Source: Dendrobates tinctorius (lineage: Eukaryota). From it: a stretch of DNA of 64,000 bases. The stretch is taken from NCBI RefSeq assembly GCF_039654945.1, contig NW_027361959.1, positions 7,750,001-7,814,000 of the forward strand, in the 5' to 3' direction. The notes beneath the pieces were generated by a model. It saw nothing but the letters and a program-made list of their open reading frames with translations. It searched no databases and was not told the DNA's origin. Position 1 is the stretch's first letter. Each line of letters begins with the position of its first letter. Below, in pieces: positions 47,105 to 57,675 of this stretch. Position numbers and translations under genes: made by a program.

Positions 47105-50100
47105 TTTCACTTCATCCATGACAACATACCTGAAAGAGAGTGCCAAGTGATGTCAGGTGGGTATATGTCCGATAAGATGACTGCTCGCATCGCTGGAGCG
47201 GGCGCTTCATCCAACCCTGGGAAAACATCTCTTAAGGCAACTGGATTTTGGAAATAATAAGGACAGGCTTAAAGATAAAATTTTGTCTGATTCAATGACG
47301 GACCTTCCAAACGTTTCAAGAGTCGCTTTATTTTATACAAGGAGATATAAGGTAATATCAATTCAAGGCCCTGCCATTCGGTTTGTCTGTGCCGCCAAGA
47401 GCATTCACCAAGTACTCTTATTATTCCATACATAAATGACTTCCTGATCATGGGGAAATCAGAAAAGCACTGCACAGCACAGCTGTGAAAAGTTGGGGTC
47501 ATCTTAAGAGCTTGGCTGGATTTTAAAGACATACAATTCAAATTTATGTCCGCTAAAGATAGTCCTTTTTGGGTCTCATTCTAGGTTAAGTCAGACTTGC
47601 CTTTTGTTACCTGAAGGGAAGAAAGACCACATAGTAGCCCTAACCTCAATGGCAATGTACCTTCCAAAAATGACATTGAGGATGGATGCAAGCAAGTTAG
47701 GTTTGGGGGCACATCTTAGAGATCAGATGATTCAGGATTCTTGGTCGTTTCACAAAAGGGGTCAGCCTTCAGACCTAAAGGAGTAGTGGGCAGTAGACAG
47801 AGCACTGAAAGGGTTTCTTGCGTCCCTCCTCGGTCGCCACGTTCTCGTCATGTCAGACAATCGCGTTACAGAGGCTTATATCAATCACCAGGGAGGAACA
47901 AGGTCCCACTTCCTAATGGTAGCAATAAACACTCATTTTCAACTAGCAGAACACCTTCTGTCCCTAACAGCGTTGCATATAAAGGGGACAGAAAACACCA
48001 GAGCAAACTTCTTAAGTCGGAACAGACTGAGGCAAGGGGAAGGGACCCTAAATTCTGAGGCGCTTCAGCAGATGATAGACTTGTGGGGGTTTCCAGAGAG
48101 AAATCTGTTTGCCAACAAACAAAAGGAGAGTGAAGAAGTTCTGATCATTGAATCAAAAAGAAAACCCTACTGCGATAGATGCCCTGGAGATCCCTTGGAA
48201 CTTCAGGATAGCATATACCTTTCCTCCATTAGTTATGATCCCGGCAGTTTTAAGTATTATCAGGGGGGATCAGGCAAGAGTGCTTTGATAGCTTCATTTT
48301 GGCTGAAAAGGCCATGGTTTTCCTTAATGAGGTGAAGGCCGACGTCCGATCCATGGCTCTTCACGTAGATTCGGGACCTTCTCACTCGAGGTACAGTTTG
48401 TCATTCTCAAATGAAAGGCTTTACATCTAACATTATGGAACTTGAGAGGGCACTATTGAGTCAAAAGGAGTTCTCTCCAGAATTCGTCTCCACCTTATTG
48501 GAGTAGAAAACCGATAACAAAATTTTTTTGGCAGAACTTGGAAAAAGTTTTTCGAATTTTCAGGCAAGAAATTAGTAGGAAAGGTTCCAATTAAGCCCAT
48601 TTTAGAAATTCGCCAAAGGGGTTTAGAACTTGAGTTAGCTACTAATACCCTTAAGGTTCTCGTGTCAGCCCTGGGAGTACTATACGATTACAATCACAGT
48701 CTGGCAACTAACAGGTGGATATCGAGGTTGGTGACAGATCTGGACAAGTCCCAATTCCAAAAGTTCCCCCGTGGGACCTAAACTTGGTGCTAGGGGCGTT
48801 ACATAAAAATCCATTTAAACCATTGCAATAATAATCAGTAAAATACCCCATACTCTGAAGACCATAATATTTGATATCAAGGTGGATCAAGGAGACTATT
48901 ACTTTCGCTTACTCTGCTCGTAAGGTGCCAGTTCCAGACTACATCAAAGCTCATTCCTCCAAACCTTTGCGGCCTTCTTGGCAGAGAAGGCAGAAGTATC
49001 TATTAACCAGAGATTGTAAGGGCGCAACGTGCTTCTCACCTTCTACATTCTTTAATCAATACAGAATAGATCTATCCTCCTCTGCTGTCCTAACCTTTGG
49101 TAGAAGGGTACTGCAAGCAGTGGTCCCTCCCTAAGGTGATTCGTTCTTCTGTAATTCAGATGGGTATGTAATTGATGAAGGGAAAACATCAAGGTTATTT
49201 GACTGTAGCTGGTTTTTCCAGAATCCATGACAGCAGCCTTATATCCCCATCACCGCCTTTGTTTGTTTTCTTTTTTTGTGTTTTTTTTTCTTTTCACTGT
49301 GTTGGTGTACACTGTAGAGTTGGGTGAAATAATGATTTGGTGCTGGTTGTGTACTCATTTTTTTTTTTAGGTGCTTTCATGCTCTTTAGCACAACTGATG
49401 TCGGGTGTTTATACCGCCCTTTTATTTCAGTAGGTTTCCTGTCCTTAGTGAAGGGATCCCTCTCTCTCTTAAGGCCCCGTCTCACTAAGCAATCTCGGTA
49501 GCGAGATCGCTGCTGAGTCACAACTTTTGTGACGTAACAGCGATCTCACCAGCGAGATTGCTGTGTGTGACAGCGATCAGCGAGCGGCCCCCCTGCCGGT
49601 ATCGCTGATCGCTGCAAGAAATCTCTGGACATTTCTTTGGTCGCTGGTCTCCCGCTGGCCAGCACACATCGCTGTGTGTGACAGTGGGAGACCAGCGATC
49701 AGGTGTAAAAAACAATAAAAAAAATAAAAAATATAGTTATTCTCACCTTCCGACGTCGCGTTCAGCCATCCTGCCTCTCTCCACGCTCCGGTCCCAGTGA
49801 TCCTTTGCACGAATGACCGCGAGACTTTGTTATCCCGCGAGACCGTGACATCTCGCGGTCATTCATGCAAAGGATCACTGGGACCGGAGCGTGGAGAGAG
49901 GCCGGAAGACTGCGCGGGACATCGGATGGTGAGAATAACTATATTTTTTATTTTGATTCTATTTTTTACAGGATGGCCAGCGATGCCGGGCGCTCGGCAT
50001 CGCTGTGCTGATCGCTGGTGAAGCTGTCTGTGTGACAGCTCATCAGCGATCACATAGCGACTTACTAGCGATCCTGACACCTTGATATCGGTGTCTGGAT

Positions 50101-50192
50101 CGCTGGTAAGTCGCTTAGTGAGACAAGGCCTTTAGGTGGGCGGTCATTGGCTCTGGAAAAACCAGCTACTGATAAGTAACCTTAGTGTTTTT
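47105..50192 (+). mobile_element. Degenerate, internally deleted DIRS of a different family, nested in the ICR of the minus-strand DIRS
   Basis: SDN..AYINHQGGTRS, PWDLNLVL, KAHS, FGRRVLQAV; own ICR ~49160-49235 complementary to its two ends. Confidence 0.82.
49472..50131. mobile_element. Harbinger-type MITE inserted in the right ITR of the nested DIRS
   Basis: TTA TSD; TIR aggcc..gtctcactaagc / gcttagtgagac..ggcct. Confidence 0.78.
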
Positions 50193-52450
50193 CCATCGCT
50201 TCATTGGGTGTGAAAGGAAACCATAGGACATCCTAAAGCAGACCCTAGTGTGGGGAATAAAACAGCTACTCGCGGATCTGATTTCAGTCTGCTGTTGTAC
50301 GCAGAACTTTCCTGTTCAGGCTGACATTTACTGAAGCATAGGTGAGTACAGTGTAGAACTTGGAGAAGGTATGGACACAGACCAGAAAGCATCCTAGCAG
50401 CTGTAAGGCAGAGGCCTGATGGCAAACAACCCGGGAAAGCTCCAATGCACATGAGGTATGAGCAGTGACCCTGAGCTGGAGCAGATTTTCCTTCATTTTG
50501 CACCCTACCATGACGTGAGTTTAAATCCATCGGGCAATGTGAGTCTTGAAAGCGGGTAGACCACCTTCAGAAATCACAAAGATATCCGAACGTCTGTAGG
50601 ATGCTGTCCTTATGAAGAAAGGATGGGACACAACGTGGGTGTACCTTATCCTCATGGCTGACCAGGAAAAACACAGTGGGAAAAGATTCAAGTTCAGAGA
50701 CACGCCATTATGGAGGTGATTGCTACAGGATCGAAATCTTCCAGGTAGGCAAAGAGAGGAACATTGTAAATGGGTTCAAAGAGTGAACCTTGGAGAACGG
50801 GCAAGACTGTGACATTTCACGACTCCAGGATGAGCAACTCCCTGTAGCAAAATTCTGATTTGGGCACTAGAGGCCAAGAAGTTTTGGAAGAGGATAGAAA
50901 ATGGTGGGGACCTGACCTTTTTAGGGGGCTGAGATACAGTAGAGTCTAGGCATGAAACACAAATAGACCCAGCTACGCTCACAGGATCTCCACAGTCTTT
51001 TGCGTCAATAGGTAAAGTTCTATTCTATAACTTTGTATATAGATTAACATGCCTTCATATTAATATAATAGTGGCCACTTGGCTTTGTATCTGAGCATGT
51101 ATGTAAACCTTTGTTGTCATGCACTCGCACTTTTGATATGAGGGTATCTGATATGAAGTTTCATTATATTAAAAAATATTTTTGATTATACAATGATTGT
51201 AGTTACAATTCCATACGTAACCTATGTATTACATGACTAGTTTCTATAATCTTTTGGACTTCTTTTATAAACTAGTGAATTAATTAACCATTACAAGTGT
51301 ATGCAAAAGTCTAGCCTGTAAGGATGACCCCAGGATAGTGCGGAGATGTTGAGTTCAGCCAAAAAAAAAAATGCGGTAAAGCTCTGATAAGACTACTGTG
51401 CTCAGTGTTCTGCCCTGGTGATTGATGTAAGCCACGGCTGTGGCGTTGGCCAGATAAATGGCCCTAAAGGTTGAAAGGAAGAGAGGATTCCTGTGTTTCC
51501 AACAGGCCTGGGCCGCAAGCTCCTGGAAGACAGCTCCCCAACCCTGAAGACTGGACTCTTATGACGACCTTTTGGCAGAAAAGGAGAGTCACGTGATGAA
51601 TGAGGAGAGGAATGCCAAGTCATGAAATGCTTTACTCAAGGGGGAAGGACAAAGGGCAGATCTAGGAATGTTACCGTACTTTCAAGTTGTGAAGGGTCAG
51701 CTGAAAAGAACGAGTGTGAACTGAGAAAACAGAACTGCTTCCAATGCTGTCACGATTTTGCCCAACATGCTCATGCAGAGCTGAAGGGGACAAGGGAGAT
51801 CGTTACTTGAGAGACTAGATCTTGAGGAGAAGGTGGGGTTTTTCTGCCTCGTAGACCAGAAAGGATACAGTACTGACACAACTCCACACACTGCACTCGG
51901 TCTATTGGTAAAATATCATAATGACACAACTTCACTTTTCTGCCCTCACAAGCCGTATCTGAAAGAAATAAAAAATCAAAGAAAAGAAATTATTAAACAG
52001 CAAAACCCCAAAGGTAGAAACAAAACTTGGTCCAGACTCATTTCTGCCTCCTACTGACACTGAGCTAAAACTTATTGATTAGCTCCTTGACAGTTGGTGA
52101 GCGTACACTTTTGGGTATGAGTTAATGTTTTTTTGCCTAGGGTCAGCAGCATACACCCATGGTTTCCTGAGTCCCCCTATGAAGCGATAGAGAAACTACA
52201 ATTACATATATTTGCAAGTGTTTTTTTTTTGGTCCTGCTAGTGGTTTTGTTTTAAAAATACGCAAGGAAATTGTGCCTATAATACGTTTCAGTGACCAAG
52301 GTTTCATCACTTTTTCTGTGAAGTTGTAGCTTTTTCCTGTGAGGGAAAATCCTCTATTTGACTGTGATGTGTTAGTAGACCTTTATACAAACCATTTACT
52401 TGGCATTTGTTAAGTTTATACTGTTTTTAATTTTTTCCCTTTTTTTATAG

Positions 52451-52609
52451 AGAGGAGCAGATGGCGACTGGGGGCAGAAAGCCAATAATGTTTTAAAATA
52501 CACAAAGGGAAAATCTTTCCGACATGAAAAGACAAAGAAAAAGCGAGGCAGCTACTGTGGAGGCGCAATTTCCACATCTGTAAATTCTATTAAGTTTGAT
52601 AGTGAATGA
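52451..52609 (+). CDS. NOLC1: NOLC1 last coding exon, SRP40_C domain ([52 protein letters not shown])
   Basis: Diagnostic Nopp140/Srp40 C-terminus; strong polypyrimidine acceptor; TGA at 52607-52609. Confidence 0.97.
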   Translation, partial: RGADGDWGQKANNVLKYTKGKSFRHEKTKKKRGSYCGGAISTSVNSIKFDSE

Positions 52610-53079
52610 ACTAAACTCTAAGTTCCTATGGACATAAATGAAATTATACTTTAATCCCTTTCTGGACTCATGTTGCGTCCGTTCAACATTTTATTTTTTT
52701 ATGGCACAGAGAATCTGACTTGTTTAAAACATTTTTTCTGTATACAGTGAAAAGTCTTTCAAGCAGTCACCCAGATTTGCATTCAAAGTGGACTTTTAGG
52801 GAGGTAGTCTTCTCTAAGATGTCCAGAATTTATTTTGGAATGTAGTCTAGTGCAGAAAATCTGGTCTCAATAAGGGTGGTATTCTGGGGAATATTTACTA
52901 TATTTATATATTTGGAATTATTAGGCTTTTTTAACTCCTCATTACAGCTGATTACCCAGTCCTAATTTAATTTTTTTGTGTGTGCTGATTTTGTAGAATT
53001 GGAAAATGAATACAACCTTGTTTTTTTTTTTGTTTCAAACCTATCTTATGAATTTATTTGTGCTGGATTTAAAAGGAAA

Positions 53080-53085
53080 AATAAA
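53080..53085 (+). terminator. Probable NOLC1 polyadenylation signal AATAAA
   Basis: Canonical hexamer about 470 nt after the stop, following a U-rich 3' UTR. Confidence 0.6.
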
Positions 53086-53264
53086 TGAATGGAATTAAAT
53101 GTCTTTAAAATACAAAGAACAAGAGTCAGACAGTCATATATGCACTTTGACGGGGATCTCTACTCAAAGGTATTTAAAGTGATCCTGACACCTGATACAT
53201 TCTGCCCAATCCACAGGCAGCATTTATCAGGCACTGTTTGCATGATTTCAGCCATGTATGTATG

Positions 53265-56051
53265 TTTACTCTGTCGCCTCATTGGGGGAGACAGAACCAT
53301 GGGTGTTATGCTGCTGTCCACTAGGAGGCGACACTATGCATAATCTGAAAAAGATTAACTATGGCTCCTCCTCTGCAGTATACACCCCTGGACGGCGTCA
53401 GCCTTCTCCAGTTTTTGCTTAGTGTCGCAAGGAGGCACACCTAAATAATTTTTTTTTTTCACTCTGTTTTTTTCCCGGATGACAGATGAAGAAAAGCGGG
53501 TCTCCTGTGAGACTCCCGGCATGGCTCTTTCCTCGGCCCCCTATTATGGGGTGCCCGGTTGAAGTAGAGATGGTCGTTCCCCATGTCGCTCCTTCCCCAG
53601 TCCTGCGGGTGCTGGCTCGAAGTTGAGTCAACCTACAAAAGTCAGTGACTACCCAGAGTCAGTCCCTGACCTTCCTGGGGATGCTATTCGACACCTCCAG
53701 GGGGCTGGTGCTCCTTCCCAGGGACAAGGCACTGGCTCTCCGTCTGGGAGTTCGCATACTCCTCCGCAATCCCCCCCGATCTCCGGTTTGCCATGAGAGT
53801 CCTCAGCAGGATGGCAGCAGCAATGGAGGCGGTACCATTTGCCCAGTTTCACCTCCGGCCTCTTCAACTAGCCATCCTCAGGTCCTGGGACAGGAATCCT
53901 TTCTCCCTCGACCGGGAGTTCCGGCTAACATCGTCCACCAGGAGGTCCCTACACTGGTGGCTCAAGCCAACTTCGCTTGCAAGGGGAAATCCTTTCTCTC
54001 AGGTCAATGGAAGGTCCTGGCCACCGATGCAAGCCTGACAGGTTGGGGTGCGGTGCACCTACATCACAGGGCACAAGGCAAGTGGTCACCAGTGGAAGCA
54101 ACCTTGCCCATCAACATCCTGGAAATTCGGGCCATCCCCCTGGCATTGAGAGCCTTTCATCACTTGCTGGCAGCCTCTCATATCAGGATACAGTCAGACA
54201 ATGCCACGGCGGTGGCATATGTGAATCACCAAGGAGGGACCCGCAGTACCCAGGCGATGAGAGAAGTGGCTCATATCCTCCACTGGGCGGAAGACACGAG
54301 GTCGGTACTCTCTGCAGTCCACATTCCGGGTGTGGACAACTGGGAAGCCGACTTCCTCAGCAGACAAGGAATGGACTCGGGGGAGTGGTCTCTCCATCCT
54401 GAAATTTTTCACCAGATCTGCCATCGCTGGGGGACCCCGGACGTGGATCTAATGGCATCCCATCTCAATGCCAAGGTCTCCAATTTCATAGCCAGGAAAC
54501 GCGACCCGCGGTCGCTCGGAGCGGATGCCCTGGTTCAGGACTGGACCCAGTTCCAGCTTCTCTACATTTTTCCACCCCTCCCCCTGATCTCAAGAGTCGT
54601 GAGGAAGATCAAGCAAAAGGGAGTTCCAACCATCCTGATCGCGCCGGACTGGCCCAGACGTACATGGTACGCCGACATCGTACAACTTACAGCAAACGCC
54701 CCCTGGCGTCTCCCCAACCGTCACGACCTTCTGTCACAAGGTCCGTTCTACCATCAGAACTCGGGCTCTCAATTTGATGGCGTGGCCCTTGAGACCTGGG
54801 TTCTAGCCCAGGCAGGGCTCTCACCGGACGTCATTACGACCATGATTAGGGCAAGGAAGCCAGCCTCCGCCAAGATCTATTACCATACCTAGAGAGCTTT
54901 CTTTACCTGGTGCCAATCTCGCGGACAGGTCCCACTCTTATTCCCTCCCAAAGGTACTTGGTTTTCTTCAATCGAGCCTGGACGCCAGGCTATCTCTAGG
55001 CTCGCTTAAGAGCCAGGGTGTCGGAATTGTCAGCACTCTCCTGCAGACTGTCCTTCCTAGCTTTTCACCAGGACAAGGTGGTTCTCCGTACAGTACCATC
55101 CTTCCTTCCGAAGGTTGTGTCCAACTTTCACCTCAATGAGAAAATTTCACTGCCGTCCCTTTGCCCGGTCCGGTTCATAGAGTGGAGAAGGCTCTGTATA
55201 CGCTTAACCTCGTCGGGGCATTGCGTATATACGTGTCTAGGACTGCACCCTTCCGGAAGTCTGATTCCCTTTTCCTTCTTCCGGAAGGCGTTCGCAAGGG
55301 TCTGCCGGTTTCCAAAGCTACCCTTGCCAGGTGGATCAAGTCCACCATACAAGAGGCTTACTGCCTTAACAATTCTCTTCCGGCCGGTATCACGGCACAC
55401 TCTACGTGGGCAGTAGGGGCCTCCTGGGCCATTCAGCACCAGGTTTCGGCACAAGTGTGCAAGGCTGCCACTTAGACTAGCCTATACATGTTTACGAAAC
55501 ACTACAGTGTTCATACCCAGTCCTCAGCAGATGCGAGCCTGAGTAGACGGGTTCTGCAGGCAGCAGTGCCTCAAGTTTAGGGACCTGCTAGCACAATATT
55601 CGTCCATTGCTTCCCACCCAGGGACTGCTTTGGGACGTCCCATGGTTCTGTGTCCCCCAATGAGGCGACAGAGTAAAGGAGATTTTTGTGTACTCACCGT
55701 AAAATCTCTTTCTCAGCCTCTAATTGGGGGACACAGCTCCCACCCTGTTGCCCTTACGGGCCGTTGTTACGGTTCAGTTCTCATATTGTTCTTTGAGCTC
55801 GTAGAGAGTGGCCTTCTTACAGGCATGGTTATGTTTCTGTTAATGTTCCTCCTAATGCTTTTGCACAAAACTGGAGAAGGCTGACGCCATCCAGGGGTGT
55901 ATACTGCAGAGGAGGAGCCATAGTTAATCTTTTTCAGATTATGCATAGTGTCGCCTCCTAGTGGACAGCAGCATAACACCCATGGTTCTGTGTCCCCCAA
56001 TTAGAGGCTAAGAGAAAGAGATTTTACGGTGAGTACACACAAATCTCCTTT
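53265..56051 (+). mobile_element. Internally deleted DIRS (no gag or RT N-terminus) with both ITRs and ICR
   Basis: Left end tttactctgtcgcctcattggggg, ICR ~55638-55736, right ITR from ~55867; RNaseH/MT and YR remnants. Confidence 0.93.
53645..55580 (+). pseudogene. DIRS pol C-terminal part and recombinase remnants
   Basis: TFLGM, ATDAS, SDNATAVAYVNHQGG, YIFPP, FLPKVVS, AHSTWAV; frameshifts and deletions. Confidence 0.88.
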
Positions 56052-56056
56052 TTTAT

Positions 56057-56158
56057 CAGGGCTGTGAAGTCTGAATCGGAGCCCATTTTGGTGGAGTCGG
56101 TGTCATGGAAATTGAGGAGTCGGAGTCTGAGGTTTGGTTTATCAACTCCACAGCCCTG
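56057..56158. mobile_element. Tiny MITE with CAGGGCTGTG TIRs
   Basis: cagggctgtgaagt ... actccacagccctg; internal ggagtc repeats. Confidence 0.6.
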
Positions 56159-57199
56159 TTTTTGACTCTAAAAAGCTGCAACAACTCACAGAAAAACATC
56201 TTATTTCTCAGATTAGAAGATGCACACAGGAAAGCAGGGAGAAAAAAATAAATGTCATAGTTTTGTTGCCACAAAGTGGGAAATCCTGAGAAGACGTGCT
56301 TATTCCAAATTAAATTGCAAAAATTCAAATACGTGCATGGAAGAGCCACTGTAATAAATTAAGAATCCAAGCAGATCTCTCTTTATTACATAATCCGTTC
56401 AGTCTTTATATAGGTTATTAGTATTCATGCATTGTAACAATATAATTGGCTAATCTTATCTAAATATGTGCTTGTATTAGCATACATACATCTAATTGGC
56501 AAAGTTAACACCCAGCTTGTGGTCTGTGTCCTACTGCTCCTAAATTTCATTTCTCTGATTTTCTATGTCTTTACACAAAGACATTACTGAGGCCCCCTTA
56601 TCTGATCATGGACTCCATATTGGAAGGAAAGATATACATGTAGAAAGAAACAAATGTGAAGTCAGGATAGATAAAATATAAATCCTGTTCTCACAATATA
56701 ATAATTAAACCTCCATGAGTATCTAATAATTAGGAATAAGTAACACTTTTAAGGGTATGTGCACACATTGGCTATTTGCAGCAGATTTTTCTGCACAAAA
56801 TACAAGAGGCTTTGCAAGGAAAACTCACAAGTACATTTTTAATTGTATTTTGTTACCATTCATTTGAATAGTTGAAAATGAATGACAAAAATGCACAGCG
56901 ACAATAAATAAAATTGCTTAATCAGTGCTTAAATGCACGTACCAGAGAAGAAAAAAAGAGCATTACAAAAATGATACGAACGTGTGTAAAATTAATATTT
57001 ACTTGTAAAAATATAACATCAATTAAAACCAAAAATTAGCCTGAAACACTGACGTGCAAAGGCTGCTGTAATGCCAAAATGACAAATATACATGGATCAA
57101 ATAGCACATCTGGAAAATGAATATGGATTAAACTAAATGTAGCAAGTAATGTGTATTAAATTACAATATCCATAAAACAAGCAGAATCTCAAACAAATC

Positions 57200-57675
57200 T
57201 CTATCTAAATAAATAAAATTTGTGCTTAATAATGACCCCTTTAGCTTGTGAACTAAAAAATACACACAAATGAATTGGATTGCTCCAAGTTAGGAGCACC
57301 TTAAGGTGTAATCTGAGTGGATGTCTGGACTCCAGAGGACCAGTAGAGAGCGCTGTATATCTTGATGTGAAGTCAGATTAAATGATATTTGCCAGATAAA
57401 CGTGGGTTAATACCACGGCTCTTCCACAATGTGAAGCTGTGGCATGAGATGAGCCAACAGGACCTTCTTGATGTCACCGGTCACGTGATAGATTACAGGG
57501 AGCGTCGTGGACCAATTCCTCTTCGACTAGTTTAGGAAAAAACACGGTTTCCTTCATCAGGGATGGTCCAATGGAGGAATTGGTCACCTTAAATATCTTC
57601 TGGTGCAACCCTTAATTGAATCCAAATAATTCAACCTCAGTTTAACCCGTTAGGTGCAAGAACTGTCCATATTAA
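57200..57675 (-). mobile_element. Inverted Penelope-like pLTR copy
   Basis: Reverse complement of 60611..61130 with indels. Confidence 0.8.
57510..57585 (-). ncRNA. Degenerate minimal type I hammerhead ribozyme in the Penelope pLTR
   Basis: CUGAUGA, stem II (AGGAAA/UUUCCU), [G>U]AAA-CUAG-UC, 12-bp flanking stem gaccaauuccuc/gaggaauugguc. Confidence 0.6.

Larger units (their letters stand above)
46830..52195 (-). mobile_element. Degenerate minus-strand DIRS split at its ICR by another DIRS
   Basis: Left end at 52195, right ITR ~46830-46985, ICR halves ~47045-47107 and ~50193-50230, YR/RT remnants (QGVAH, IARWI, MLGKIV). Confidence 0.8.
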
